A stretch of 64,000 nt of DNA from positions 175,282 to 239,281 of the forward strand of contig CAWATG010000015.1 in NCBI GenBank assembly GCA_963785035.1. Direction: 5' to 3'. The DNA is from an uncultured Acidimicrobiia bacterium (lineage in GTDB: Bacteria; Actinomycetota; Acidimicrobiia; IMCC26256; CAWATG01). The notes under the pieces were generated by a model. The model was not told the origin of the DNA. It did no database searches and saw only the letters and a program-made list of their open reading frames with translations. A program made the translations under genes and the position numbers. Shown one piece after another: positions 55,075 to 64,000 of this stretch; the stretch's first letter is position 1, and each line of letters opens with the position of its first letter.

Positions 55075-56136
55075 ATGAGGGTGCTCGTCACTGGCCACAA
55101 CGGCTATTTGGGCACCGTCATGGTGCCGATGCTGCAGGGTGCCGGCCATGAGGTCGTTGGCCTTGATACCAATCTCTTCGCAACGTGTGTCTGTGGGCCG
55201 TTACCGGAGGAGACCGAACACCTACGGATCGACCTGCGTGACGTTCGAGCCGAGCACCTGCGAAGGTTTGATGCAGTGATCCACCTGGCAGCGCTGTCGA
55301 ACGATCCGCTTGGCAACGTAGCGCCGCGACTCACCTACGCGATCAATTTCGACGCGTCGCTCCGGCTGGCGGAGCTGGCCAAAGCGGCGGGCGTGACGCG
55401 TTTCTTGCAGTCCTCGTCGTGCAGCATTTACGGGGCCGGGAGCGGTGATGGGCTGGTGGACGAGACGGCGCCGATGCGGCCGGTCACGCCGTATGCCGAC
55501 GCGAAGGTCCGTCTGGAATCCGGGTTGCGCGCAATGGCCGACGACAAGTTCAGCCCGATATATCTGCGCAATGGCACGGCATATGGGTTTTCTCCTCGGT
55601 TGCGTGGAGACCTCGTACTCAACAACCTTGTTGCGCACGCGATGCTGACCGGCATTGTGAAAGTGCTGAGCGACGGCACTCCGTGGCGGCCGATGGTCCA
55701 CGCTGAGGACATTGCCCGAGCATTCATCGCTGCGCTCGAAGCGCCGCGAGAGTCGGTACACGATGAGGCGTTCAACGTCGGGTCCGAAGCTGAGAACTAC
55801 CGGGTAAGCGATCTTGCCACCATCGTGAGTGAGGTCGTCCCGCAGAGCACGGTCGTCATCGCGGGGGAGGCCGGCTCCGACCAGCGTTCGTATCGTGTCG
55901 ACTTCTCCAAGATTCGTACGACGATTCCCGCATTCGCGCCACGCTGGACGGCGCGACTGGGAGCCATGGAGCTGCTCGACCGATACCAGGCCTATGGGCT
56001 CACGATGGATCAGCTCGACGAACAGTTCACCCGCCTGCGATGGATCTCCCATCTGCAAGCAACGAAACGCTTGGATGAGGACCTGACGTGGGCGTCGGCG
56101 GACGCGGTCTCGAATGGTGGCAGGCGCAATCCGTGA
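55075..56136 (+). CDS. NAD-dependent epimerase/dehydratase (SDR) acting on a nucleotide sugar
   Basis: MRVLVTGHNGYLGTVMVPML, SSCSIYG and YADAKVRLE (YxxxK) are present. It starts 3 nt after the rfbF stop. Confidence 0.8.
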   Translation: MRVLVTGHNGYLGTVMVPMLQGAGHEVVGLDTNLFATCVCGPLPEETEHLRIDLRDVRAEHLRRFDAVIHLAALSNDPLGNVAPRLTYAINFDASLRLAELAKAAGVTRFLQSSSCSIYGAGSGDGLVDETAPMRPVTPYADAKVRLESGLRAMADDKFSPIYLRNGTAYGFSPRLRGDLVLNNLVAHAMLTGIVKVLSDGTPWRPMVHAEDIARAFIAALEAPRESVHDEAFNVGSEAENYRVSDLATIVSEVVPQSTVVIAGEAGSDQRSYRVDFSKIRTTIPAFAPRWTARLGAMELLDRYQAYGLTMDQLDEQFTRLRWISHLQATKRLDEDLTWASADAVSNGGRRNP

Positions 56137-57380
56137 CTGATGGCAGTGGTGGCGCCTGCCGGTTCTGCGGTGCCACGCTCGATCGGCTCGTCGTCGATCT
56201 GGGTGTACAGCCCCTTGCCAATTCCTATCTGAGCGCAAAGGACCTTGCGAAGCCGGAGGCCACCTATCCACTTCGCGTCTACGTCTGCGATCGGTGTCTC
56301 CTCGTTCAGCTGCGCGACTACCCGTGGCGCGAGGAAATTTTCAATGACTCCTACGCGTACTTCGCGTCGTACTCGGCGTCCTGGCTCGAACATGCGAAGC
56401 GCTACGTCGGGGAAATGATTGACCGCCTGGCGCTCGATGAGCAGAGTCTCGTGGTCGAGATCGCCAGCAACGATGGATACCTGTTGTGCAACTTTGTCAG
56501 CAGAGGAATACCCGTTCTCGGGATCGAGCCGTCCTCGAACACCGCCGAGGTCGCGCGCGTCAAGGGCGTCCCGACCGAGACCGTGTTCTTCGGCAGCGAG
56601 ACCGCGGACCGGGTGGCACGCGAACGCGGGCGCGCTGACCTCATCATCGGCAACAACGTCCTTGCCCATGTCCCAGACCTCAACGATTTCGTTTCTGGCA
56701 TGCGGACTTTGCTTGCACCGACGGGCACGATCACGATGGAGTTCCCGCATCTGCTGCACCTTGTGGCCGCGCACCAGTTCGACACCATCTATCACGAGCA
56801 CTACTCGTATTTGTCCCTGCTCGTCGTCCGGGCGGTGTTTGCCCACCACGGGCTCGATGTCTTCGACGTCGATGAGCTGGATACCCATGGCGGTTCGCTG
56901 CGGATCTACGCACGCCATGCGGGCGAGAGCGGTTCGCCGGTGTCACCGAATGTGGCGGCAGTCCTTGAACGCGAACACAAAGCGATGCTCGATCGACCCG
57001 AGGGATACGCGGGGATTGCTCGAGAGGCGGGCGAGGTTCGCGAAGGACTGCTGGTTTTCCTGGCCAAAGCCCGCGACGAACACGCGCTCGTTGCAGGCTA
57101 CGGCGCGCCTGCCAAAGGCAACACGCTGCTCAACTTCTGCGGGGTGACGACCGCTGACATCGCGTTTACCGTCGACCGTTCTCCACACAAACAGGACCTG
57201 TTTCTGCCGGGATCGCGGATACCGATCAAAGACCCCGAGTATCTGGTGAGCCGACGACCTGACTATGTGCTGATTCTCCCATGGAACCTCACCACCGAGA
57301 TCGTCGAGCAGATGGATGTTGTGCGCGGATGGGGCGGTCGCTTCGTGACGCCCATCCCGGAGTTGCGAATCCTCGACTGA
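56133..57380 (+). CDS. SAM-dependent NDP-hexose C-methyltransferase-like protein (Zn-ribbon + class I MTase + C-methyltransferase C-terminal domain)
   Basis: It has an N-terminal CRFCG...CDRC Zn-binding module. The SAM fold has VEIASNDGYLL and NNVLAHVPDLN. The C-terminal GYGAPAKGNTLLN..G...DRSP.KQ....PG..IPI block is typical of TylCIII-type enzymes. The start overlaps the previous stop as GTGA. Confidence 0.75.
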   Translation: MTDGSGGACRFCGATLDRLVVDLGVQPLANSYLSAKDLAKPEATYPLRVYVCDRCLLVQLRDYPWREEIFNDSYAYFASYSASWLEHAKRYVGEMIDRLALDEQSLVVEIASNDGYLLCNFVSRGIPVLGIEPSSNTAEVARVKGVPTETVFFGSETADRVARERGRADLIIGNNVLAHVPDLNDFVSGMRTLLAPTGTITMEFPHLLHLVAAHQFDTIYHEHYSYLSLLVVRAVFAHHGLDVFDVDELDTHGGSLRIYARHAGESGSPVSPNVAAVLEREHKAMLDRPEGYAGIAREAGEVREGLLVFLAKARDEHALVAGYGAPAKGNTLLNFCGVTTADIAFTVDRSPHKQDLFLPGSRIPIKDPEYLVSRRPDYVLILPWNLTTEIVEQMDVVRGWGGRFVTPIPELRILD

Positions 57381-57398
57381 GCGAGCGCCCGGGTACCG

Positions 57399-58589
57399 CT
57401 ACACGAAAAAGGAACGGATCGCGTCGACGACCCGGTCGAGCGTCTGCTCATCCATGAACGAGTGCAGCGGGATCGTCAGCTGTTGTCGGGCCATCATTTC
57501 GGTTACTGACAGGTCGCTGGTCCGGCAGTCCTTGTAGAAGGTGAACTCGTGTGCGCCTTGGAAATGGATGCCCGTCGCGACACCACGGGATTTCATGTGT
57601 GCCATGAGCTCGGCGCGCGTTTCGTCGTCTGTGACGCGAATGAAATAGATGAACGGACTGACGTCGTTGAAGTCCGTCGCGGGTGTGCGGATCTCGTCGA
57701 GGTCGCCCAGTGCCTCGTTGTACCGTCGGCAGTAGCCCTGACGGTTGGTGATGAAGGTGTCGATCATCGCAAGCTGCGAGATGCCGATCGCGGCTGGAAT
57801 CGAACCGAGGTGGTAGCGGTACCCCTGTCGCGTGACGTCGTACTCCCAGGCACGGCCGCGTGCATAACGGGCGGCCGTGTCGTTGTCGACACCGATGAGT
57901 CGGAGCTCGTGGAGTGGCTGCACATCCGAAGCGTTGCCCGTCACGACGGCGCCGCCCTCGAGTGTCGTGATGATCTTGACGGGCCCGTAGCTGAAACACA
58001 CGTAGTCACCGAAGCTGCCGATGAGCCTGCCGTTATGTGACGATCCGAATGCATGCGCCGCGTCTTCGATGACACGGAGGTCGTGTTCGGCGGCGAGCTC
58101 GTAGATCTCATCGATCCGGCACACGATCCCCGCGTAGTGCACGGCCATCACGGCCTTCGTGCGCTCACTGATCATGGATCGCATCGATGCGGGGTCGACG
58201 CCCAGGGTGGTCTCCTCGATGTCACAGAACGCGACATCGGCGCCGGTTTGGGTCATGGCTTGGTGTCCGGCGACGTAGGTGAACGACGGGCAGATCACTT
58301 CGTCGCCCGGGCCGAGACCTGCGGCGAGCGCAGCGAGGTGCAACGCGGCGGTACCGCTGTTCGTCGAAACGACGTGCCGTGCAGCATTTCCGAGATAGGA
58401 GCCGATCTGCGCTTCGAACTGCTGCGTGAGCGGCCCCATGCCAATCCAGCCCGCGTCGAGAGCGTCGCTCATCGCTTGGCGCGCCTCGGGTCCGATCGCC
58501 GGGAGGAACACGGGGATGATAGGTCCGTCGGATTGTGTCGAAGAGGGCGCCACTTGGGGGAGCGTAACAAGCGCGATGGTCGACGGCAT
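57399..58589 (-). CDS. DegT/DnrJ/EryC1/StrS family PLP-dependent sugar aminotransferase
   Basis: NSGTAALHLAL..AGLGPGDEVI.PSFTYVA...IEDAAHAFGS...FSYGPVKIITTLEGG (PLP Lys)...LTIPLH. I start at the ATG at 58589. The upstream 306 codons of the listed ORF are antisense to the GT2 gene. Confidence 0.85.
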   Translation of the reverse strand: MPSTIALVTLPQVAPSSTQSDGPIIPVFLPAIGPEARQAMSDALDAGWIGMGPLTQQFEAQIGSYLGNAARHVVSTNSGTAALHLAALAAGLGPGDEVICPSFTYVAGHQAMTQTGADVAFCDIEETTLGVDPASMRSMISERTKAVMAVHYAGIVCRIDEIYELAAEHDLRVIEDAAHAFGSSHNGRLIGSFGDYVCFSYGPVKIITTLEGGAVVTGNASDVQPLHELRLIGVDNDTAARYARGRAWEYDVTRQGYRYHLGSIPAAIGISQLAMIDTFITNRQGYCRRYNEALGDLDEIRTPATDFNDVSPFIYFIRVTDDETRAELMAHMKSRGVATGIHFQGAHEFTFYKDCRTSDLSVTEMMARQQLTIPLHSFMDEQTLDRVVDAIRSFFV

Positions 58590-58604
58590 GAGAGACTCAG
58601 ACAG

Positions 58605-59891
58605 ATGAGCGAGGCGTATCCGCGCGTAACGGTGGGCATCCCCACATGGAACCGGGCCGGCTATTTGCGCGAGGCGATTGCAAGCGTTCTCGCCCAGACG
58701 TACACCTCGTTCGTGCTGCACATCAGCGACAACGGCTCGACGGACGAGACGCAAGCGGTCGTGGCGTCGTTCGACGACACGCGCATCGTGTACCACCGCA
58801 ATGATGTCAACGACGGCTGGATCAACAACTTCAACCGCCTGTTCGAGGTGTCTCGCGCCACCGAGTATGTCGTTGTGCTGGGCGATGACGACCTCCTTCA
58901 CCCTGACGCTCTCGAGCTTGCGGTCGCCGAGATGGACGCGCACCCGAATGTCGGGATGCGCCATTCTGCGTTCGACGTGATCGATTCGGACGGAGCGGTC
59001 CTCGCCGAGGGCGCCAACTGGCTGGGGGATCGTCGGCTGGAGTCCATCACTGCAGGACATGACTTCATCCGCGTGCTGATGAGTCATGGCGTCCTGTGTG
59101 CGTCGACGGCGATGGTTCGAACCGCTGCTGTGCCGAGGATCCCTTTCGAGGACCGCTACGAACCGGCGGCCGACTTCGCCCTGTGGCTCCACATCGCGTT
59201 GGAATGGGATATTGCCTACTCCTCGGCTCCGATGTGCCAGTACCGCATGCACGGCTCGAGCGACTCCGCACGGTGGAATCGGCTGACAAAGGCGGGCTAC
59301 ACAGGTAGCTACCGTTATGACCTGCGGATGCGGCGGGTCAAGCGACGATTTCTCGATGCGAACGCCGATCGCCTTGGTGACGTCAGGCACCTGCGTCGGG
59401 TCGTGCAGTGGTCTGCGATACGCCGTGTGATCGGACGCACGCTGGGACCGCGTATCGCCGAGCCACTCAAGTCCATGGCGGCGCGCATCCAGAGGCGCGA
59501 TGGCCACGGTGCTGCTCGATCCCTGCCCTCCCCAGGGTCGTCAGGGCAGAGCACCGAGGCGCTCTCGTCTGAGGCGCCATTGCATGTGGTGATCGTCATG
59601 CGGCAGCGCGCATCTGCGTCGACCGGTAGCCGTCCCGCACCTGAGGTCGAAGCCCGGGCAGGTCTGCGAACACTTTCCACGATGGTCCGCCGGGCGGGGC
59701 GATGGATGTACAACCGAGCCGAGGCCGGCGTTGGGGGACCACAGGTGCATGTCGCGAACGTGCAGGCATTATCTGGAGTCCCAGGGCCACGTGGTGAGCG
59801 TTGTCACGCCGTTCGCCGCGCCATGGCCGCTTCACTTCGGTTGCGCGACGATCGGTTGGTCGCTGCACCAGGTCAGTACCTCGCGCGCTGA
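58605..59891 (+). CDS. glycosyltransferase family 2; 3' boundary unresolved because the ORF runs on into the next GT
   Basis: VTVGIPTWNRAGYLREAIASVLAQTY..FVLHISDNGSTDET...VVLGDDDLLHPD are GT-A motifs, including the DxD-like DDD. There is no stop in this frame until 59891. Confidence 0.7.
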   Translation: MSEAYPRVTVGIPTWNRAGYLREAIASVLAQTYTSFVLHISDNGSTDETQAVVASFDDTRIVYHRNDVNDGWINNFNRLFEVSRATEYVVVLGDDDLLHPDALELAVAEMDAHPNVGMRHSAFDVIDSDGAVLAEGANWLGDRRLESITAGHDFIRVLMSHGVLCASTAMVRTAAVPRIPFEDRYEPAADFALWLHIALEWDIAYSSAPMCQYRMHGSSDSARWNRLTKAGYTGSYRYDLRMRRVKRRFLDANADRLGDVRHLRRVVQWSAIRRVIGRTLGPRIAEPLKSMAARIQRRDGHGAARSLPSPGSSGQSTEALSSEAPLHVVIVMRQRASASTGSRPAPEVEARAGLRTLSTMVRRAGRWMYNRAEAGVGGPQVHVANVQALSGVPGPRGERCHAVRRAMAASLRLRDDRLVAAPGQYLAR

Positions 59892-60934
59892 AGCGTGGCG
59901 GCGGTTCTGGCATGCGCGTCTGATCGCAATGGCATTGCGTCACAAGCGGCGCACGTGGCGTCAGCGAACGGACAACCTGCACGTCGTCTACTACACCCAG
60001 TGCCCGTTGTCGGCACATGTGGCATCGCGCCAACGGGTGTCGGGGTCGAAGGTGGTGCTCGTTGGCCACTAGTGATGGATCAGAGGGCCCCGCACCTGGG
60101 CGTGTCCCTCGCGACAACCCGGCGATGGGGCCTCGTCGAATATCGGAGCGTCTCGCTCGCCGAATCAAGCGGTTCGAGCACGCTGTCGCGCTGGAGGTGG
60201 ACGCCCTGGTGTTCGTCTCGGAATTCCTCGCCCTGGAGCTTTTCGCCGAACTACCGGCGGCGCGGAGCAAGAGGTGGATGGTGGCGCCGAACTTTCTGCC
60301 CGACGACTGGGCCACCAGGGGCGCAGTGTCGACCGACGCGGAGGAGCGCCCGCTTCGCGATCTTGTCAACGTCGGGAGGTTGTCGAAGGAGAAGAACCAG
60401 CGCTTCGTCCTCGACGTTGTCGCAGCCGCCCGTGAACGAGGTAGGCGGCTGACCTTGACGATCGTCGGTTCGGGATCCGACGAGGAGGCGCTGCGCGCGC
60501 ACTGCCGGGCCCTGGAGCTCGATGATCAGGTCGAGTTCGCAGGGTCCATCGAGGACGTTGCCGCCGTCCTGCGGCGCCACCGTGTGTACGTGCACGGTTC
60601 TCGCCATGAGACCTTCGGCATCGTGCTGATCGAGGCGATGAGTGTCGGACTCCCCGTGTTTGCTGCCCCGGTCGAAGGCGTGAAGGAGGTCTTCCGTGAC
60701 CAGATCGAAGGCCGTTACATCGATCTCGAGTCGCCGGGAGAGTCGGCGGAGATCCTTCTGGCGGCACTCGATGATCCCGAGTGGATGCGTGTGACTTCAG
60801 CGGCGGCGGCAGATCGTGTGGCCTCGGCGTTTCGGGCTTCGGTGGTCGGTCCTGAGCTTGTCGCGTTCCTGCGGTCCCTGTGGTCGACGCCTGGGGCTGC
60901 GATGGGCCCAGACGCGGTCCTAAGCGCCCGCTGA
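59706..60934 (+). pseudogene. glycosyltransferase family 4, fragmented over three frames
   Basis: YNRAEAGVGGPQVHVANVQAL is in frame 3, the same frame as the upstream GT2. (L)ESQGHVVSVVTPF...LHVVYYTQCP...GSKVVLVGH is in frame 1. SDGSEG...ALVFVSEF...GRLSKEKN...GSRHETFGIVLIEAMSVGLPVFA.PVEG..E is in frame 2. The shifts are at about 59768-59773 and 60068-60072. The true start is uncertain. Confidence 0.65.
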
Positions 60935-60991
60935 GGAGGTCACGCGATTACGCTCGGTATCCCCAATAGCTCTTTCAGGAAAGAAGCCAAC

Positions 60992-61441
60992 GTGAGAGTC
61001 GCCATTGGCTCGGACCATGCGGGATATCGACTCAAGGAGCACTTCAAGGAGGTGCTCGCCGGCGCTGGTCACGACGTGATCGACCTCGGCACCGATTCCG
61101 AAGCGGCGATCGATTATCCGCGGGTCTGCGCGGCAGTGGGTCACGAGGTCGTAGCTGGGCGCGCTGATCGTGGGATCGTGCTCGGCGGGAGCGGCCAGGG
61201 CGAGCAGATCGCCGCGAACAAGGTGATCGGCGTTCGCGCGGCGCTGTGCAACGATCTCTTCACGGCGCGCCTCTCGCGGCAGCACAATGATGCGAACGTC
61301 CTTGCAATGGGCGCGCGGATCGTCGGGGTCGCCCTCGCCGACGAAATCCTGGAGCTTTGGCTTGCCACCCCGTTCGAGGGCGGTCGTCACATCGAGCGCC
61401 TCGCTCAAATCGCAGAGATCGAGAGGGAATCACGGTCATGA
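60992..61441 (+). CDS. rpiB: ribose-5-phosphate isomerase B
   Basis: [14 protein letters not shown]...DLG...DYP......V......[26 protein letters not shown]...[14 protein letters not shown]. Confidence 0.9.
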   Translation: MRVAIGSDHAGYRLKEHFKEVLAGAGHDVIDLGTDSEAAIDYPRVCAAVGHEVVAGRADRGIVLGGSGQGEQIAANKVIGVRAALCNDLFTARLSRQHNDANVLAMGARIVGVALADEILELWLATPFEGGRHIERLAQIAEIERESRS

Positions 61442-62697
61442 CCCATCCCGAGTCTGCCCTGGGAGTAACAGATCCCACGATGGCCGCCATCGTCGCGCGC
61501 GAGGAAGTTCGGCAGAACACCACGATCCAGTTGATCGCGAGTGAGAACTTCACGTCGCCTGCGGTCATGGCTGCGCAGGGAACCGTCCTGACGAACAAGT
61601 ACTCCGAGGGGTACCCGGGCAAGCGGTACTACGGCGGAAACCAGGTCGTGGACGAAGCGGAGGAACTGGCACGGACCCGAGCGTGTGCGCTGTTCGGGGC
61701 GGACCACGCGAACGTCCAGCCCCATTCGGGCGCCAACGCCAACATGGCGGTGTTCCTGGGCCTCTTCGAGCCCGGCGACACGTTGATGGGAATGCGCCTC
61801 GACCAAGGCGGACACCTCACGCACGGTTCTCCGGTCAACTTCAGCGGCAAGCTCTACAACTTCGTTGCCTATGGCGTCGATCCCGACACCGAAGTGCTCG
61901 ACTATGACGTCATTCGCGCGCAGGCGGTCGCCGAACGTCCTAAGGCGATCATCGCCGGCGCAACTGCATATCCGCGCATCATCGACTTTGCCGCGTTCCG
62001 CTCGATTGCCGATGAGATCGGCGCGCTGCTCATTGTCGATGCGGCGCACATCGCTGGTTTGATCGCCGGTGGCGCGCATCCATCGCCGGTTCCGTATGCC
62101 GACGTCGTGAGCTTCACGACGCACAAGACGCTGCGCGGACCGCGTGCGGGTGCGATCCTGTGCCGGGAGCAGTATGCGAGCGCGATCGACAAGGCGGTGT
62201 TCCCGGGGCTCCAGGGCGGTCCGCTCATGCATGTCGTCGCAGCCAAGGCTGTCGCCTTCCACGAGGCGTCCCAGGACAGCTTCCGTGTCTACGCAGCAGA
62301 AATCGTGGCGAATTCCGCCGCGCTCAGCGCGGGTCTGACCGCCGAGGGATTCCGCATCGTTTCGGGAGGGTCGGACAACCACCTGATGTTGGTCGACCTA
62401 CGCCCGTTCGGCGTGACGGGCAAAGTGGCCCAGGAGGCGTTGGACCGCGCCGGTATCACCTGCAACAAGAACGCTATTCCCAATGACCCCGAAAAGCCCT
62501 TTGTCACGAGCGGGTTGCGGCTCGGTACCGCAGCGGTCACGACTGCGGGCATGGGTGTGGCAGAGATGGGCGAGATAGCGACGTTGATCGCACGGGTTCT
62601 GCGCTCGCCGAGCGACGACGCCGTCATTGGTGACGTTCGCAACGCCGCAGGGCTGCTCTGTTCGAAGTTCACGCCCTACCCCGACCTGGCCGTGTGA
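61438..62697 (+). CDS. glyA: serine hydroxymethyltransferase
   Basis: [49 protein letters not shown] and [10 protein letters not shown] (PLP Lys) are present. The start overlaps the rpiB stop as ATGA. Confidence 0.95.
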   Translation: MTHPESALGVTDPTMAAIVAREEVRQNTTIQLIASENFTSPAVMAAQGTVLTNKYSEGYPGKRYYGGNQVVDEAEELARTRACALFGADHANVQPHSGANANMAVFLGLFEPGDTLMGMRLDQGGHLTHGSPVNFSGKLYNFVAYGVDPDTEVLDYDVIRAQAVAERPKAIIAGATAYPRIIDFAAFRSIADEIGALLIVDAAHIAGLIAGGAHPSPVPYADVVSFTTHKTLRGPRAGAILCREQYASAIDKAVFPGLQGGPLMHVVAAKAVAFHEASQDSFRVYAAEIVANSAALSAGLTAEGFRIVSGGSDNHLMLVDLRPFGVTGKVAQEALDRAGITCNKNAIPNDPEKPFVTSGLRLGTAAVTTAGMGVAEMGEIATLIARVLRSPSDDAVIGDVRNAAGLLCSKFTPYPDLAV

Positions 62698-62740
62698 TCG
62701 TTCGAGGTATGGCCGCGGACGCGGCGGGGGGACGCGGGCG

Positions 62741-63970
62741 GTGATCGGCTACCTCGTTGTGCTCAGCGTCGCGGCGTTGGTGACGTTTGCATGCACGCCG
62801 GTGGCTGGTTGGATCTCGTGGAGGATCGGCGCAATCGCCCAACCCGGCGAGCGCGCTGCGCACTCGACGCCGACGCCTCGTCTCGGTGGCGCCGCAATGT
62901 TCGTCGGCTTTCTTGCTGCAATGGCCGTCGCCTGGCGAATGGAACAGTTCCACGAGATGTTCGACGGTTCGACAGAACCGCTGGGCGTCGTGCTGGGAGC
63001 AGGTGCGATGTTCGCCGTCGGAGCGTTGGACGACGTGCGCGAGGTGTCGCCGCCGGCGAAGTTGGCGGGTCAGGTCTTCGCGGGCAGCGTGCTTTCCCTG
63101 CTCGGCGTGACGATGCTGTTCTTTCGTGTGCCGTTCGCCTCGAACAACACGATCGTGCTCAGCACCGATATCGCCCCGCTTGTGACGGTGCTCGGTGTGG
63201 TCCTCATGGCGAACGCGCTCAACCTGATCGACGGGCTCGACGGGCTGGCAGCCGGAATCGTGATCATCGGGGGATCGGCCCTGTTTCTGTATTCGGACCG
63301 ATTGTTCAAGCGAGGATTCCTCGAGGGTTCCAATGTCGCTCCGCTGATAGCAATCATTGCGGTTGGGGTGTGCGTCGGGTTTCTGCCGCATAACTTCAAT
63401 CCGGCGAGGATTTTCATGGGTGACGCGGGGGCGATGTTCCTCGGGCTGCTCATGGCCGTACCCACCATCACGATCGGTGGTCGTGCGGACTACCAGTACA
63501 GCGGTCAGACCTTCTTCTACTTTGCGCCACTGTTCATTCCGGTGGTCATCCTCGGTGTCCCCATTGTCGACACCGTGTTCTCGTTCTTTCGACGTGTGTT
63601 GAAGCGTTCGGCGTTTCATGTTGCCGACAAGGATCACCTGCATCACCGGCTGATGCGTCTGGGTCATGGCCCGCGCCGGACGGTCGTCATCCTCTGGCTC
63701 TGGACTGCATTGCTCTCGAGCGTGGCATTGCTACCCACGTATACGAACGAAGGCAATGCCCTGGTGCCGTTCGTAGTCCTGGCATTGCTGATCGTTCTCT
63801 ACTCCTTCTTCCATCCAAGGCTCCGCACTGCGAAGGAAGAGGCTGAGTTTGCGCAGCACCCGGTGGTCGGTGACGGTGGCGACGGTTGGGGGACTGACGA
63901 TGTCTCCGTGACCGACGACGCAGTGATCGATTTGGATTCGCGGCGCAGGGCTCCCGGACAGGGTGCCTGA
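62741..63970 (+). CDS. wecA: UDP-GlcNAc:undecaprenyl-phosphate GlcNAc-1-phosphate transferase (WecA/Rfe, MraY family)
   Basis: A polytopic membrane protein with TPRLGG, GALDD, NALNLIDGLDGLAAG, NFNPARIFMGDAG and DK.HLHH motifs. The glyA-wecA order matches other actinobacteria. The GTG start at 62741 is inferred. Confidence 0.85.
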   Translation: MIGYLVVLSVAALVTFACTPVAGWISWRIGAIAQPGERAAHSTPTPRLGGAAMFVGFLAAMAVAWRMEQFHEMFDGSTEPLGVVLGAGAMFAVGALDDVREVSPPAKLAGQVFAGSVLSLLGVTMLFFRVPFASNNTIVLSTDIAPLVTVLGVVLMANALNLIDGLDGLAAGIVIIGGSALFLYSDRLFKRGFLEGSNVAPLIAIIAVGVCVGFLPHNFNPARIFMGDAGAMFLGLLMAVPTITIGGRADYQYSGQTFFYFAPLFIPVVILGVPIVDTVFSFFRRVLKRSAFHVADKDHLHHRLMRLGHGPRRTVVILWLWTALLSSVALLPTYTNEGNALVPFVVLALLIVLYSFFHPRLRTAKEEAEFAQHPVVGDGGDGWGTDDVSVTDDAVIDLDSRRRAPGQGA

Positions 63971-64000
63971 GGAGCCAATTCGGGGCCTTGGGTTTGACCG

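Noticed and set aside
58590-59507. The upstream 306 codons of the 702-aa minus-strand ORF containing the DegT aminotransferase.
   Set aside because: This part is antisense to the GT2 gene, which has clear GT-A motifs. The aminotransferase homology starts at the ATG at 58589.

Overview
High-GC, actinobacterial-type chromosomal segment. Gene order resembles Mycobacterium/Streptomyces core regions; an Acidimicrobiia-like lineage is a guess only. I support about 55 protein-coding loci and one tRNA-Arg(CCG). I see no rRNA, CRISPR array, transposase or integrase.

Layout:
- 1-5.4 kb: an Fe-S neighbourhood. It holds a mitochondrial-type aconitase 3' end, Nfu, a decayed cysteine desulfurase, a SufR-like regulator, Mrp/ApbC and DUF3107.
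- 5.4-18 kb: pdtaS-whiB, a GDPD, a lipid kinase, a family-5 UDG, TauE, a DapA-family gene, kgd, class II DAHP synthase, the proteasome activator bpa and hemolysin-III.
- 18-22.7 kb: accessory-looking secreted and signalling genes around the tRNA. These are a triple-DNRLRE protein, a small secreted protein, and a GGDEF enzyme with a ParB-like N-terminal peptide coupled to an unknown protein.
- 22.9-36.6 kb: the conserved argS-lysA-hom-thrC ... rho-rpmE-prfA-prmC backbone. thrB is replaced by an ApgM-like proposed homoserine kinase.
- 36.6-60.9 kb: a ~24 kb block inserted before rpiB-glyA-wecA. It contains DUF983, a tandem Cas4-like nuclease, DUF4012, a mini LPXTG protein and a Wzx/Wzy-type glycan locus. 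That locus has a priming phosphotransferase, several GTs, Wzz, Wzy, Wzx and a CDP-hexose / C-methyltransferase / aminotransferase module. It also has an embedded triad of secreted proteins I cannot assign to any family.

Main caveat: at least 13 frame disruptions hit 10 otherwise well-conserved genes. Most fall at short homopolymers (GG, GGGG, GGGGG, AA), so sequencing indels are more likely than true pseudogenisation. All frameshifted calls should be read with that in mind.

Best novelty candidates: the secreted triad at 45.2-48.0 kb, the ParB-motif GGDEF pair, and the tandem Cas4-like nuclease.
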